Counted from the first letter of the stretch, positions 9,035-19,034 are shown. The stretch is 64,000 nucleotides of DNA from Trueperaceae bacterium (GCA_965213925.1 OZ243927.1:4384001-4448000), one strand, 5' to 3'. Numbers and translations are program-made. Notes: generated by a model from the sequence alone, not told the origin.

Positions 9035-9068
9035 AAAAAATGGAGGGAGGCTCGAGCCTCCCTCCATT
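9035..9068 (-). terminator. Intrinsic terminator; 30-bp perfect palindrome centred on CTCGAG
   Basis: AATGGAGGGAGGCTCGAGCCTCCCTCCATT (9039-9068) with T-run on the minus strand. Confidence 0.75.
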
Positions 9069-9092
9069 CCAAACTTTGAAGCCGCGTAGACC

Positions 9093-9251
9093 CTAAGACT
9101 GATTCGCCTCCTCGACCTCTCCCTCCATCTTCTCGATCTGCTGCCTCAGCTCCTCTTTGCGCTCGGGGTCTTCCTCTTTGGCGTGCTCCTCGACGAGCAG
9201 ATTAAGCTCGGTCAGGGTCGGGCGTTCGCGTTTGGGTCTGTCGTCGTTCAT
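9093..9251 (-). CDS. Small acidic helical protein (52 aa), absent from ORF track
   Basis: AGAAAGGA RBS; MNDDRPKRERPTLTELNLLVEEHAKEEDPERKEELRQQIEKMEGEVEEANQS*; host-like codons; followed by terminator. Confidence 0.65.
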   Translation of the reverse strand: MNDDRPKRERPTLTELNLLVEEHAKEEDPERKEELRQQIEKMEGEVEEANQS

Positions 9252-9382
9252 TGCGTTTCCTTTCTAGCGTTGTATCCGATGATTTGGCGGGGTGGCATAA
9301 TAGTAGTCAGGAATCAGCGGTCAGAATTCAGTAGACAGCGTAAAGCTCATCCACCGAATTTTGACCCCCGGCTGCTCACTCC

Positions 9383-10822
9383 CTACTGCGTCGCGGGCGC
9401 GTGCCACGACCTGCCGTGTTTGGCTAACAGCTCGTTCGCCTCGTCCGGTCCCCAACTGCCCGGCTCGTAAAAAGCGGGGTCTTCGTCGGAGTTTTCCCAG
9501 TTTTCTAACAAGGGCTTGACGATGCGCCACTGCGCCTCGACTTCGTCAGCGCGCATGAAGAGCGTCGGGTCGCCCATCATCACGTCTTGGATGAGCGTCT
9601 CATAGGCGTCGGGGTTGCCCCGGTTGAACTCTTGGTCGTAGTAAAAGTCCATGCTGGCTTTGGTGAGGTTAATTCCCTGCCCCGGACGTTTCGCGTCGAA
9701 GCGGAGTGTGATACCTTCATTCGGGACGAGCCGCAGAATCATCCGGTCTTGCTTGACGGGTTTATCGAGGTCAAAAGGAACATGCGGTGGTCTCTTGTAA
9801 ATGACGACGATTTCGCTCGACTTGGACTTGAGCCGCTTGCCGCAGCGCACGAAGAAGGGCACGTTCGCCCAGCGCCAGTTTTCGATGCGGAGTTCGACGG
9901 CGGCGTAGGTGCCCTGGCGAGAGTCCTCAGGTACCCCTTCCTCCTGCCGGTACGCCTTCGCCTCGCCGTTGCCCGTGTATTGCCCGATGATTGCCTGCGA
10001 CGGATTCACGCACTTCATCGCCTGGAAAACTTTGACCTTCTCGTCGCGGACGCTCTTGGCGTCGTAGCGCGAGGGGGGCTCGGTGGCGGTCAGGGCGACG
10101 AGCTGCAAGAGGTGGTTCTGGAAGACGTCGCGAATCACGCCCGCCTCTTCGTAGAACGAGCCGCGCCCGCCGATGCCGATGGGCTCCGCCATCGTGACCT
10201 GCACGTGGTCCACGTACTGCGCGCTCCAGGTCGGCTCGAAGATGGTGTTGGCGAAGCGCAAAGCGGCGATATTCTGCGCGGTCTCTTTGGCTAAGTAGTG
10301 GTCGATGCGGTAGATTTGCTGCTCTTGAAAGTTCGCCTGGACGATGTCGTTGAGTTCTTTGGCGCTCTCCAAGTCGTGTCCGAAGGGTTTTTCGATGACG
10401 ACTCGAGCCGAGCCCTCTCTGTTGAGCCCGACCTCGCCCAAGTTCTTGACGATGTCGGTATAGGTGCCGGGCGGCGTCGAGGTGTAGAAGATGTGGGTGT
10501 CAATGTCAAGTGAGTCCAAGTGCTCCTTGAGTCCTTTGAAGGCCTCCACCTCGGTATATGAGCCCGAGACGAACGAGAAGCGCGGCGCGAGCGAACCCCA
10601 GCTCTCCTCATCGAAGTTGTCCGAGTCGTACTCCTTGAGCGCTTTTTTCATCTCTTCGCGCAGGTCGTCGTCCGACCAGTCGCGGCGAGAGAAGCCGACG
10701 ATTTGCGTGTCCTTGTTGAGTGCGCCCGTGCGGTGCAGGGCGTACAGGGCGGGCATCAGCTTGCGGGCGGCGAGGTCGCCCGTGATGCCGAAAATGACGA
10801 ATGCACAAGGTGGAATGTCCAT
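9383..10822 (-). CDS. zwf: Glucose-6-phosphate 1-dehydrogenase
   Basis: GITGDLA, EKPFG, RIDHYLAKE, RDVFQNH. Confidence 0.97.
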   Translation of the reverse strand: MDIPPCAFVIFGITGDLAARKLMPALYALHRTGALNKDTQIVGFSRRDWSDDDLREEMKKALKEYDSDNFDEESWGSLAPRFSFVSGSYTEVEAFKGLKEHLDSLDIDTHIFYTSTPPGTYTDIVKNLGEVGLNREGSARVVIEKPFGHDLESAKELNDIVQANFQEQQIYRIDHYLAKETAQNIAALRFANTIFEPTWSAQYVDHVQVTMAEPIGIGGRGSFYEEAGVIRDVFQNHLLQLVALTATEPPSRYDAKSVRDEKVKVFQAMKCVNPSQAIIGQYTGNGEAKAYRQEEGVPEDSRQGTYAAVELRIENWRWANVPFFVRCGKRLKSKSSEIVVIYKRPPHVPFDLDKPVKQDRMILRLVPNEGITLRFDAKRPGQGINLTKASMDFYYDQEFNRGNPDAYETLIQDVMMGDPTLFMRADEVEAQWRIVKPLLENWENSDEDPAFYEPGSWGPDEANELLAKHGRSWHAPATQ

Positions 10823-11736
10823 TAAGCCTCCTCTTTCTCTTTTCGTTTAACACTGTGACCGCCGAACTCGTTACGCAACGCGGCGGCGACTTTGGCAGCG
10901 AAGGAGTCTTGCTGGCGGCTCGAGAACCGCGCGTAGAGTGACGCGGCAATCGCAGGCGTGGGCACGGCGTGGTTCACACCATACTCCACCGTCCAGCGGC
11001 CCATGCCCGAGTCGTTGACAAACGCTTCGATATTCTCTAAACGTCTGTCCTCTTCTAACGCGCTGATAGTCAACTCTAAAAGCCATGAGCGAATCACCGA
11101 GCCGTTCGTCCAGAGCTTGGCAATCTGGTGCAAATCAAGCTCCGCGTGTTCATAGGACGCCAGTATCTCAAACCCCTCCCCGTAAGACTGCATCAGCGCG
11201 TACTCGACGCCGTTATGGACCATCTTAACAAAGTGACCGCTACCGGCTGGACCGACGTGGGCGTAGCCGCCTTCAGGTGCGAGAGCTTTTAAGGCAGGCT
11301 CGATGTCGCCAAACGCCTTGTCGCTGCCGCCGACCATGAGGTTATAACCTTCGCGCAGCCCCCAGATGCCGCCCGAGATGCCCGCGTCTACGAAGTGAAC
11401 GCCTGCCTCTTCTGCTTTTCGGTCTCTCGAGCGCGTGTCCCGCCAGTCGCTATTCGCCCCGTCTACTAAAACGTCGCCCGCCTCCAGTAACGAGAGCGCC
11501 TGCGTCACGCTCTTCTCGGTAATCTCACCCGAGGGGAGCATGAGCCAGAGGACGCGGGGCGGCTCGAGTTGGCTGACCATATCTTCCACGCTGCTTGAAG
11601 GCGACGCCCCCTCGTCCGCCAACCTCTTAACCGCCTCCTCAGAAATATCGAAAACCACGACCTCATGACCGTGCTGCATAAGCCGCCGCGTCATATCGCC
11701 GCCCATCTTGCCGAGCCCCACTATGCCTAATTTCAC
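10822..11736 (-). CDS. gnd: 6-phosphogluconate dehydrogenase, decarboxylating (short type)
   Basis: GLGKMG, SGGIWG, GHFVKMVHNGVEY, LRNEFGGH. Confidence 0.95.
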   Translation of the reverse strand: MKLGIVGLGKMGGDMTRRLMQHGHEVVVFDISEEAVKRLADEGASPSSSVEDMVSQLEPPRVLWLMLPSGEITEKSVTQALSLLEAGDVLVDGANSDWRDTRSRDRKAEEAGVHFVDAGISGGIWGLREGYNLMVGGSDKAFGDIEPALKALAPEGGYAHVGPAGSGHFVKMVHNGVEYALMQSYGEGFEILASYEHAELDLHQIAKLWTNGSVIRSWLLELTISALEEDRRLENIEAFVNDSGMGRWTVEYGVNHAVPTPAIAASLYARFSSRQQDSFAAKVAAALRNEFGGHSVKRKEKEEA

Positions 11737-11941
11737 GTAAGACCTCCATAGACGTTCTTTAACCTCTTACACCGACACCGTTATCAGTCTCTCATCAATT
11801 TCTCGTTGACCTCTCGCTTGTCATCTCACGCCGTTCTGCTCTGATGCTACACGTTTATATGAACGCATGTGTGTAGGCTGCTTGGCGGAACGCTCGCGGG
11901 ACGCTTCAAACGCTACCTTTACAAGCAACATGGAGGCAAGC

Positions 11942-12289
11942 ATGAGCACCCCACCGACACCTTACAGCCAAGATGAGATGCAACGTTTAGAAAGACTGCT
12001 TTTAGACTTCGATGTCGTAAAAAAAGCCGTCGAGGTTCACCCGGACTTTGAGACGATTCTACGCGACTATCCCGCAGCCGAGGCAGGTATTGAGCGCTCC
12101 TCGCGCGTTGCCGCCGAAGCGTGGCAAGTGGTCATCCTCTCGAAGAACACGCCCGAGTCGGTTCTTCTCGAGACGCCCCAATACGTGGACACCTTCGTCA
12201 ACCTTCTAAGCGTGAGCGTCTACGTGCTGAGCCACTGGCTGCGCATTTTAGAAGGTAACACGTTGCCGACGATACGCGTTTTGAACTGA
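11942..12289 (+). CDS. Hypothetical protein
   Basis: GGAGG RBS before ATG 11942; host-like codons; followed by hairpin. Confidence 0.6.
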   Translation: MSTPPTPYSQDEMQRLERLLLDFDVVKKAVEVHPDFETILRDYPAAEAGIERSSRVAAEAWQVVILSKNTPESVLLETPQYVDTFVNLLSVSVYVLSHWLRILEGNTLPTIRVLN

Positions 12290-12304
12290 TAGCAGTAGCA
12301 TTTC

Positions 12305-12334
12305 CACGTTTCTTTGCTGTAGCAAAGAAACGTG
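12305..12334. terminator. 14-bp stem hairpin after the hypothetical gene
   Basis: CACGTTTCTTTGCT-GT-AGCAAAGAAACGTG. Confidence 0.55.
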
Positions 12335-12393
12335 CGAGCGGATGCGAGAAGAAACAGACGCAATCAGTTGGTGCAGCGAAGTGTGGAAATGCT

Positions 12394-12533
12394 GCAGGTA
12401 CCATCTGGTCAAAAACATTCTCACTATAAAAAACACTGTTCAACACGCACGTTCAGAGATGAGGTTCCGTTACAGCAAGCTGTGAAATCTGCGGCGTTCT
12501 GTTTCAGTATGTCGTGGAACTTCTGATACCTAC
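12394..12533 (+). repeat. Dispersed MITE-like element, copy E2, with nested ~59-bp module
   Basis: GCAGGTACCATCTGG start, TGATACCTAC end; module 12463-12521 shared with E4. Confidence 0.75.
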
Positions 12534-12561
12534 CTTTTTCACCTCACAACCCAGATAGCTC

Positions 12562-12585
12562 AACAAGGGGTTGCAACCCCTTGTT
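12562..12585. repeat. 24-bp perfect palindrome (REP-like)
   Basis: AACAAGGGGTTGCAACCCCTTGTT. Confidence 0.7.
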
Positions 12586-12614
12586 CATGTCGGATGCCGT
12601 ATTAGACTGTCTCC

Positions 12615-13376
12615 ATGAGTTTTCAAAACAGATGCGCCGTCGTGACAGGTGGCGCTCAGGGTATCGGACGGGCGACGGTCAAACACCTCTTAGAACAAGG
12701 GGCAAAAGTCGTCGTCGCAGACACGGACGCCGAAGCGGGACAAGAGGTCGTCGAGACGTATTTAGATGTAGGTGAGGTCCATTTTGCGCAGGTGGACGTC
12801 TCGAGCGAAACCTCTGTGGAATCGTTGGTCTCCGAGACGGTCGAGCGCTTAGGTGGCTTGGATTACCTCGTTAACAACGCAGGTACGATGATTCGCAAGC
12901 CTATTACCGAACTGAGTTTGGACGAGTGGAACGAGGTTTTAGGCATTAACCTCACGGGGATGTTTCTCTGCACGAAGTACGCCGCGCCGCATCTGAAAGA
13001 GGGTCAGGGAGCGGTGGTGAATGTCGCCTCGAGCCGCGCGGTCATGTCCGAGCCCAACACCGAGTCTTACGCCGCTTCGAAAGGGGGCGTCGTCGCACTG
13101 ACGCACGCGCTCAGCGTCAGTTTAGGACCGGACGTGCGCGTGAACGCTGTGAGCCCCGGCTGGATTTCGGTGAGCGAGTGGCAGAAAGAAGCGGAGCGTG
13201 ACGACGCCTCACTTCGCCCGGTAGACCACGAGCAGCATCCGGTGGGACGGGTCGGCAAGCCGGAAGATGTCGCAAAGCTGATCGGCTATCTGCTCTCGGA
13301 TGAGAGCGGCTTTATCACCGGGCAGAACTTCGTGATAGACGGCGGTATGACGCGCAAGATGATCTATGCGGAGTAA
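12615..13376 (+). CDS. SDR-family oxidoreductase
   Basis: TGGAQGIG, NNAG, YAASK. Confidence 0.93.
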   Translation: MSFQNRCAVVTGGAQGIGRATVKHLLEQGAKVVVADTDAEAGQEVVETYLDVGEVHFAQVDVSSETSVESLVSETVERLGGLDYLVNNAGTMIRKPITELSLDEWNEVLGINLTGMFLCTKYAAPHLKEGQGAVVNVASSRAVMSEPNTESYAASKGGVVALTHALSVSLGPDVRVNAVSPGWISVSEWQKEAERDDASLRPVDHEQHPVGRVGKPEDVAKLIGYLLSDESGFITGQNFVIDGGMTRKMIYAE

Positions 13377-13569
13377 ACCTTCGCGAGACCATCTTACTCT
13401 GCAAATGATAAACCCATCTTTTCACTCTTCTCAAACGCCTTCCTACAAGCGCGACTAAAAGGCCACAGAGCGTAGGAAAAGCTCGCACGAGACAATGTGG
13501 GATACGCTGTCAAAGCGCCCTATAAACTCCCGGTAGGATGAACCAAACGCTTCTGAACGGAGAGAGATA

Positions 13570-14136
13570 ATGAAACGACGGACAACTTTTTTTCTTACAG
13601 CACTACTTTGCGCGGGGCTCACCTACGCTCAAACTACGGGGGGCGCATCTCCGTCCGAAAGCGCGAACCTAGTCGCGACCGCCGAGATTATAGACGCGGA
13701 CGGCAACGTCATCGGCGACGCGAACTTCACCACGGGCGTGGACGACTCGAGCTTCGTCACGGTTCAAATCGGTCTCTCAGAAGGCTCGGGGCTCGCGCCG
13801 GGCGAGCACGGCGTTCACGTCCACGAGGTGGGCGAATGCAGCGCGCCCGACTTTGAGAGCGCGGGCGGACACTACAATCCGACGGGCGCGCAGCACGGTC
13901 TGCTCAACCCGGAGGGACCCCACGCGGGCGACTTGCCCAACCTCATGGTGAGTCAGAACGGCACTGTAGACTATGTTGTGACAACAGCGCTTGTCACGGC
14001 GAGTGACGGGGAGCGTACGCTCTTTGACGGGGACGGCAGTGCATTGATGATTCACGCAGGGGCGGATGATTACGTGACAGATTCCAGCGGCGACAGCGGC
14101 AGCCGCGTAGCGTGCGGTGTCATTACGCAGCCTTGA
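13570..14136 (+). CDS. sodC: Exported Cu/Zn superoxide dismutase family protein
   Basis: Signal peptide; HGVHVHE, GGHYNP, HAGDLPN, IHAGADD, RVACGVI. Confidence 0.92.
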   Translation: MKRRTTFFLTALLCAGLTYAQTTGGASPSESANLVATAEIIDADGNVIGDANFTTGVDDSSFVTVQIGLSEGSGLAPGEHGVHVHEVGECSAPDFESAGGHYNPTGAQHGLLNPEGPHAGDLPNLMVSQNGTVDYVVTTALVTASDGERTLFDGDGSALMIHAGADDYVTDSSGDSGSRVACGVITQP

Positions 14137-14178
14137 CGTCAAGCTATCCGCAAAATAGCGAACGCGCTAAGGGTAAGT

Positions 14179-14206
14179 AGAGCGTCCCTAGCAGGACGCT
14201 CTTTTC
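14179..14206 (+). terminator. Intrinsic terminator after sodC
   Basis: AGAGCGTCC-CTAGCA-GGACGCTCT then T-rich tail. Confidence 0.7.
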
Positions 14207-14359
14207 TGATACAACGGGAGTCTCTGCAATCTTTTAGGCAGCGTAAAGGACAAACTGTAAGGCAAGGCAAGGCGCGGCAATCCGCAGCCGCCTAACATAA
14301 TGCTGTCCAGGCTTTCTAATTCGAGAGAGCCACCATGTACATTTCAAGGGGGTAAAGAG

Positions 14360-15115
14360 ATGGATGATAGAAAGATGAACGATAGAAGAGACGAGTACGG
14401 ACGTTACGGATCAGGTAACTACGGATCAGATAACTACGGAGCAAAGAACGATCAAACAGGACGCTATAATAGTCAAGATCGCAAAGAGGACGCAGGCGCG
14501 GGCATAGCCGCCGCTGTTGTCGGTACCGTTCTTTTAGGCGTCGGGAGCTACCTCATCTACCGCGGCGTGGCGAAGCAAGGGGGCTCGAGCAGCCGTAACA
14601 CCGGCACTTACGGGCAAAACCGCGGGGGTGGCAGTCAGGGTGAAGCCCAGCGTGTGCGCGAGAGCGTCACCATCAACAAGAGCGCCTCGGAGCTGTATCA
14701 CTACTGGCGGCACCTCAGCAACCTCTCCGACATCATGAGCCACTTGGAGTCGGTCACGGAGAAGACCGACACGCGCTCACATTGGGTGGCGCGCGGTCCG
14801 GTCGGCACCAATGTCGAGTGGGACGCCGAAGTCACCCAGGATATCGAGAATCAGCTCATCGCTTGGAAAGCGGTGGAGGACGCCGACGTGCAGAACGAAG
14901 GCAGCGTGACCTTCGCCGAAGCGCCGGGCGGACGCGGTACCGAGGTGCGCGTCAACCTGACCTATCACCCACCGGGCGGACAGCTCGGCGCAGCCGTCGC
15001 TAAGCTCTTCGGCGAGGAGCCCTCGCAGCAGCTCAGCGACGACTTGCGCCGCTTTAAGCAGCGCATGGAAACGGGCGTCACCGCGACGACGCAGGGTCAG
15101 CCGAGCGGAAACTAG
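14360..15115 (+). CDS. SRPBCC (polyketide cyclase-like) family protein with one TM segment
   Basis: ELYHYWR, SHWVARGP...VEWDAE, GEEPSQQLSDDLRRFKQ. Confidence 0.85.
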   Translation: MDDRKMNDRRDEYGRYGSGNYGSDNYGAKNDQTGRYNSQDRKEDAGAGIAAAVVGTVLLGVGSYLIYRGVAKQGGSSSRNTGTYGQNRGGGSQGEAQRVRESVTINKSASELYHYWRHLSNLSDIMSHLESVTEKTDTRSHWVARGPVGTNVEWDAEVTQDIENQLIAWKAVEDADVQNEGSVTFAEAPGGRGTEVRVNLTYHPPGGQLGAAVAKLFGEEPSQQLSDDLRRFKQRMETGVTATTQGQPSGN

Positions 15116-15125
15116 AGGGACAAAC

Positions 15126-15160
15126 GGGGCGCACCTTTCGGGGTGCGTCCCTCTTCTATT
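15126..15160 (+). terminator. Intrinsic terminator
   Basis: GGGGCGCACC...GGTGCGTCCC then T-rich tail. Confidence 0.6.
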
Positions 15161-15294
15161 TTAGATTTGTAGTGAGGTTGAGGCTCGAGCGTTCCCAACT
15201 TCCTGTATACGGTATCGACTGCTTGGAACGCAACTCACCGAAATTTCTCGAGATTACGCATTTAATCCCAACAAAAACTTTATAGGGGGGCATC

Positions 15295-16464
15295 ATGAAA
15301 GCACTTTGCTGGTACGGTTCGAACGACGTCCGCGTCGAGCGGGTTCCTGACCCGGAACTCCTCACCCCGCGCGACGCCATCATCAAGGTCACGTCCACCG
15401 CGATTTGCGGCTCCGACTTGCACCTTTACGACGGGTTCATCCCGACGATGGAAAAAGGGGATATTTTAGGGCACGAGTTTATGGGCGAAGTTGTCGAGGT
15501 GGGCGCAGAGGTCACGAACCTCTCGGTCGGAGACCGCGTCGTCGTCCCCTTTCCTATCGCGTGCGGCGACTGCTACTTCTGCCGCAACGAGCTGTATTCG
15601 CTATGCGATAACTCGAACCCGAGCACCGTTTTAGCAGAGACCATGTTCGGTCATGCGCCCGCCGGGATTTTCGGCTACTCGCACCTCATGGGCGGCTACG
15701 CGGGCGGGCAAGCGGAGTACGTGCGCGTGCCCTTCGCGGACGTCGGTCCGTACAAGGTGCCCGAAAGCCTCACGGATGACCAGGTTCTTTTCTTGACCGA
15801 TATCTTGCCGACGGGCTACCAAGCGGCGGAAAATTGCAATATTCAGGGCGGCGACACCGTCGCGGTGTGGGGCTGCGGTCCGGTGGGGCTCTTCGCCATC
15901 AAGAGTGCCTATTTGCTCGGCGCGGAGCGCGTGATTGCGATTGACCGCGTCGAGGAGCGTCTGGCGATGGCGAAAACCTTCGGCGGCGCGGAGGTCATCA
16001 ACTATGAGGAGAGGGACGTTATCGAGACCCTGCGGGAGATGACGGCGGGACGCGGACCAGATTCGTGCATCGACGCGGTGGGCATGGAAGCGCACGGCGC
16101 GGGCGTCTTGGACGTGTTCGACAAGGCGAAGCAGGCGGTGATGCTCCAGACGGGACGCCCCATCGTCCTACGCGAAGCCATCCAAATTTGCCGCAAAGGG
16201 GGCACGGTCTCGCTCGGCGGGGTGTACGGCGGCATCTTAGATAAGATTCCACTGGGCGCTGCCTTCAACAAGGGGCTTACCTTCAAGATGGGGCAAACGC
16301 ACGTCCACCGCTATTTGGAAACTTTGACCGAGCGCATCTTAGATGGAGCGCTTGACCCCTCGAGGATCATCACCCACCACATGAGCCTGGATGACGCCCC
16401 GCACGGCTACGATATCTTTAAGAATAAAGAGGATAGCTGCGTGAAGGTGGTGCTGCAACCGTAG
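15295..16464 (+). CDS. Zinc-dependent alcohol/formaldehyde dehydrogenase (MDR family)
   Basis: CGSDLH, GHEFMG, CGDCYFC...C, GCGPVG. Confidence 0.93.
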   Translation: MKALCWYGSNDVRVERVPDPELLTPRDAIIKVTSTAICGSDLHLYDGFIPTMEKGDILGHEFMGEVVEVGAEVTNLSVGDRVVVPFPIACGDCYFCRNELYSLCDNSNPSTVLAETMFGHAPAGIFGYSHLMGGYAGGQAEYVRVPFADVGPYKVPESLTDDQVLFLTDILPTGYQAAENCNIQGGDTVAVWGCGPVGLFAIKSAYLLGAERVIAIDRVEERLAMAKTFGGAEVINYEERDVIETLREMTAGRGPDSCIDAVGMEAHGAGVLDVFDKAKQAVMLQTGRPIVLREAIQICRKGGTVSLGGVYGGILDKIPLGAAFNKGLTFKMGQTHVHRYLETLTERILDGALDPSRIITHHMSLDDAPHGYDIFKNKEDSCVKVVLQP

Positions 16465-16967
16465 TGGACGCGCAGAATCAGCGAGACGAGAAGGTCCGCG
16501 TCGTACCAGAACAGAGCACAGAAAGAGGTCTCTTCCGCGCGGGCATGGTTTTAGGCTTCGGGCTCGGCGGCTTCTTCGACGGGATTGTGCTCCATCAAGT
16601 CTTGCAGTGGCACCATATGGTCTCGAACTGGCGCACCGCGCAGACGCTCGCGGGGCTCAGGCTGAACACGCTCGCGGACGGCGTGTTTCACCTCTTCACG
16701 TACAGCTTTACAATTGTCGGCATCGTTCTCTTGTGGCGCGTCGGCTTGCGGGCGGGGGCACCGCTTTCGCGGCAGCGTCTCTTCGGCGCGGTTCTTGTCG
16801 GCTTCGGCAGCTTCCACGTGTTCGACGAAATTGTAGACCACCGCCTCTTGGGGCTGCACCACATCAAGCCGGGACCGAACGAGTTGGCGTGGGATTTAGG
16901 GTTTTTTGCCGTAGGACTAGTGCTCGTCTTTTTGGGCGTAACGCTGTGGCGCAGGGCAGAAAGATAG
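16464..16967 (+). CDS. DUF2243-like membrane protein
   Basis: GGFFDGIVLHQVLQWHHM, NTLADGVFH, HRLLGLHH. Confidence 0.8.
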   Translation: MDAQNQRDEKVRVVPEQSTERGLFRAGMVLGFGLGGFFDGIVLHQVLQWHHMVSNWRTAQTLAGLRLNTLADGVFHLFTYSFTIVGIVLLWRVGLRAGAPLSRQRLFGAVLVGFGSFHVFDEIVDHRLLGLHHIKPGPNELAWDLGFFAVGLVLVFLGVTLWRRAER

Positions 16968-16975
16968 AGGATGAG

Positions 16976-18010
16976 ATGAAGAAAACAGGCTTTCTCTTAG
17001 GTGCACTCGGGCTAGGTGCACTGACTTACGTCCTCAAGCGTCCCGCTTACGACTTCGAGGACAAAGTCGTGTTGATTACGGGCGGGTCACGCGGGCTCGG
17101 GTTGGCACTGGCGAGGGTTTTTGCGGAAGAGGGCGCACACTTGGCGCTGCTAGCTCGAGACGAGAACGAGTTGGAGAGAGCCGCAAGGGAGCTTCGCGCA
17201 AAGGGAACACAAGTCCTCACACTCCCTTGCGATGTTCGTGAACGTCAAGAGGTTGAAAATGCTGTGCAGGAGACCGTAGCGCACTTCGGCTCACTCGACG
17301 TGCTGGTCAACAACGCCGGGGTCATCCAGGCGGGACCCTTCGCGCACATGCAAGAGGATGACTTCAGAGATGCGCTCGAGGTTCACTTGTGGGGCGCACT
17401 CTACACGGTTTTAGCCGCGTTGCCGCACCTCGAGAGGATGCAAAAAGGTACGGGCGGACGCATCGTCAACATCTCTTCAATCGGTGGCAAAGTCGCCGTG
17501 CCGCACCTGCTCCCTTACGCCGTGAGCAAGTTTGCGCTGGTTGGCTTGTCAGAGGGGCTCCGCGCCGAACTCGCCCAAGCAGGCGTCAAAGTGACGACGG
17601 TCTGCCCCGGCTTGCTGCGCACAGGCTCCTACCCCAACGTGCGCCTCAAAGGACAGCACGCCCAAGAACTCGCCTGGTTCGCTGTGGGCGACTCGCTCCC
17701 TCTTCTCACCATGAGCGCACCTAAAGCGGCGCGGAAGATCGTCGAGGCGTGCCGCCGAGGAAAGGCGCAGCAGCTACTCACGCTTCCCGCGAAGGGCGCG
17801 GTGCTCGCCAATGCCCTCTTACCGGAGGTCACGGCGAAACTGCTCAGCGCAACGAACCGCCTGTTGCCGGGCGTCAATCTTGTGAACGGCGACGAAGCGA
17901 AACAGGGGCGAGAGGTCCATTCGAGCTGGGCTCCCTCCCCTTTAACGATCCTTTCGGACCGCGCCGCAAAGCGTCACAATCAGCCGCCACTTGATCGAAG
18001 TGAACGTTAG
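16976..18010 (+). CDS. SDR-family oxidoreductase with N-terminal anchor
   Basis: TGGSRGLG, NNAG, YAVSK; start reassigned to ATG 16976 after GAGG. Confidence 0.9.
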   Translation: MKKTGFLLGALGLGALTYVLKRPAYDFEDKVVLITGGSRGLGLALARVFAEEGAHLALLARDENELERAARELRAKGTQVLTLPCDVRERQEVENAVQETVAHFGSLDVLVNNAGVIQAGPFAHMQEDDFRDALEVHLWGALYTVLAALPHLERMQKGTGGRIVNISSIGGKVAVPHLLPYAVSKFALVGLSEGLRAELAQAGVKVTTVCPGLLRTGSYPNVRLKGQHAQELAWFAVGDSLPLLTMSAPKAARKIVEACRRGKAQQLLTLPAKGAVLANALLPEVTAKLLSATNRLLPGVNLVNGDEAKQGREVHSSWAPSPLTILSDRAAKRHNQPPLDRSER

Positions 18011-18020
18011 CAGAAGCCAT

Positions 18021-18062
18021 AAAAAAGCGCTCGTCCTGAGCGCGTCTCCCTGTTGATTGATA
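18021..18062 (-). ncRNA. Candidate ~42-nt small RNA A
   Basis: Lies between TTGACG-N17-TATAAT and hairpin GCGCTC-AGGAC-GAGCGC-TTTTTT; no ORF. Confidence 0.45.
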
Positions 18063-18068
18063 AAAAGT

Positions 18069-18132
18069 ATTATATACCCGTATACGTTATTCGTCAAGAG
18101 GTTGCACCCAAACTCGGACAAAAGTTTGTGTA
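18069..18132 (-). promoter_or_regulatory. Sigma70 promoter within duplicated 62-bp block, copy A
   Basis: -35 TTGACG (18097-18092), 17-nt spacer, -10 TATAAT (18074-18069); 18071-18132 is 51/62 identical to 19090-19151. Confidence 0.75.
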
Positions 18133-18383
18133 ACGCTTCTCGAGGTTCTTAAAGAACACTGTTGAGGACAAGAAAATCGGCTGTTCTGAGGTTCACGGCT
18201 AGGTTCACCGTGCTGAACGGTGCTAAGTGAGTTTCGTCCGGGTTTTAGGTTGCACCGGGATTCGAAAAAAGGGGTGCACAAACCGCTCTAAACTCGAAAG
18301 AACACCTCTCGCTCAGGTTGCGACGGTTGAATCTAGGGGATACTCACCTTTTGTCCAGCTCTTTCTCTCGTCGTTGAAACTGC

Positions 18384-18974
18384 TCAGGGCAGCTTTGCTA
18401 TAACGGCTTCGCTCAGCCATACTCGAGCCTGATCAGGGAAACGTCGGGGCGCGGTAGGCTCGCTCAGCTCGAGGCTACTCACTGCTCCGTATATCTCGCC
18501 CTGCGGCTCAACATAGACCTCCAAACGCTTCTCTGCGAGGTTAAAGAGCCAGACCTCTTGCACATCTGCAGCGGCGTAAAGGGGCAGCTTCACCTTACGG
18601 TCTTTAAGCAGCGTGGTGTCCGAAACCTCGATCAGCAAATAAACATCTTCGGGTTGCGGGTGGTCCTCGTAGTCGCGCCGCGCTAAGAGCATCAGGTCAG
18701 GCACGGGCAGTTGGCGGTCATCTAAGTCAGTCGAGAGCCGCAGCGGATTCTGCACATCAATTTTGGCGACGTTTAGGAAAGCTAGGGATAACGTTTCGGT
18801 GAGTTCACGTACGACTAGCGCGTGGGGCGGGTTGACGGTTATAGGGACGATGCTCCCATGTAGAAGTTCGACGCGCTCGTCCTCACCTAAAATTCCTGCT
18901 CGCTCCATCGCCAGCAGTTCGCGGTAGGTGAACGCGCGAGGTTCGTATTCAGGTTGCAGCCTGGGAAGCGCCAT
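18384..18974 (-). CDS. Uma2/DUF820-family restriction-endonuclease-like protein
   Basis: RVELLHG, PVPDLML, LIEVSDTT, KLPLYAAADVQEVWL. Confidence 0.9.
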   Translation of the reverse strand: MALPRLQPEYEPRAFTYRELLAMERAGILGEDERVELLHGSIVPITVNPPHALVVRELTETLSLAFLNVAKIDVQNPLRLSTDLDDRQLPVPDLMLLARRDYEDHPQPEDVYLLIEVSDTTLLKDRKVKLPLYAAADVQEVWLFNLAEKRLEVYVEPQGEIYGAVSSLELSEPTAPRRFPDQARVWLSEAVIAKLP

Positions 18975-19034
18975 AGCTCTATCTTACCGCACGTGAACGG
19001 CAGCTTGGGCTCGAGCCTCAATTTGTAGGGGAAC

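Noticed and set aside
8707..9072. 121-aa minus-strand ORF
   Set aside because: Runs through a terminator, element E1 and a REP-like palindrome; no family motifs
9587..10294. 235-aa ORF
   Set aside because: Antisense shadow of zwf
18021..18062. RNA A as a CsrA sponge (CAGGACG loop)
   Set aside because: Only two GGA motifs and no evidence for csrA in this window
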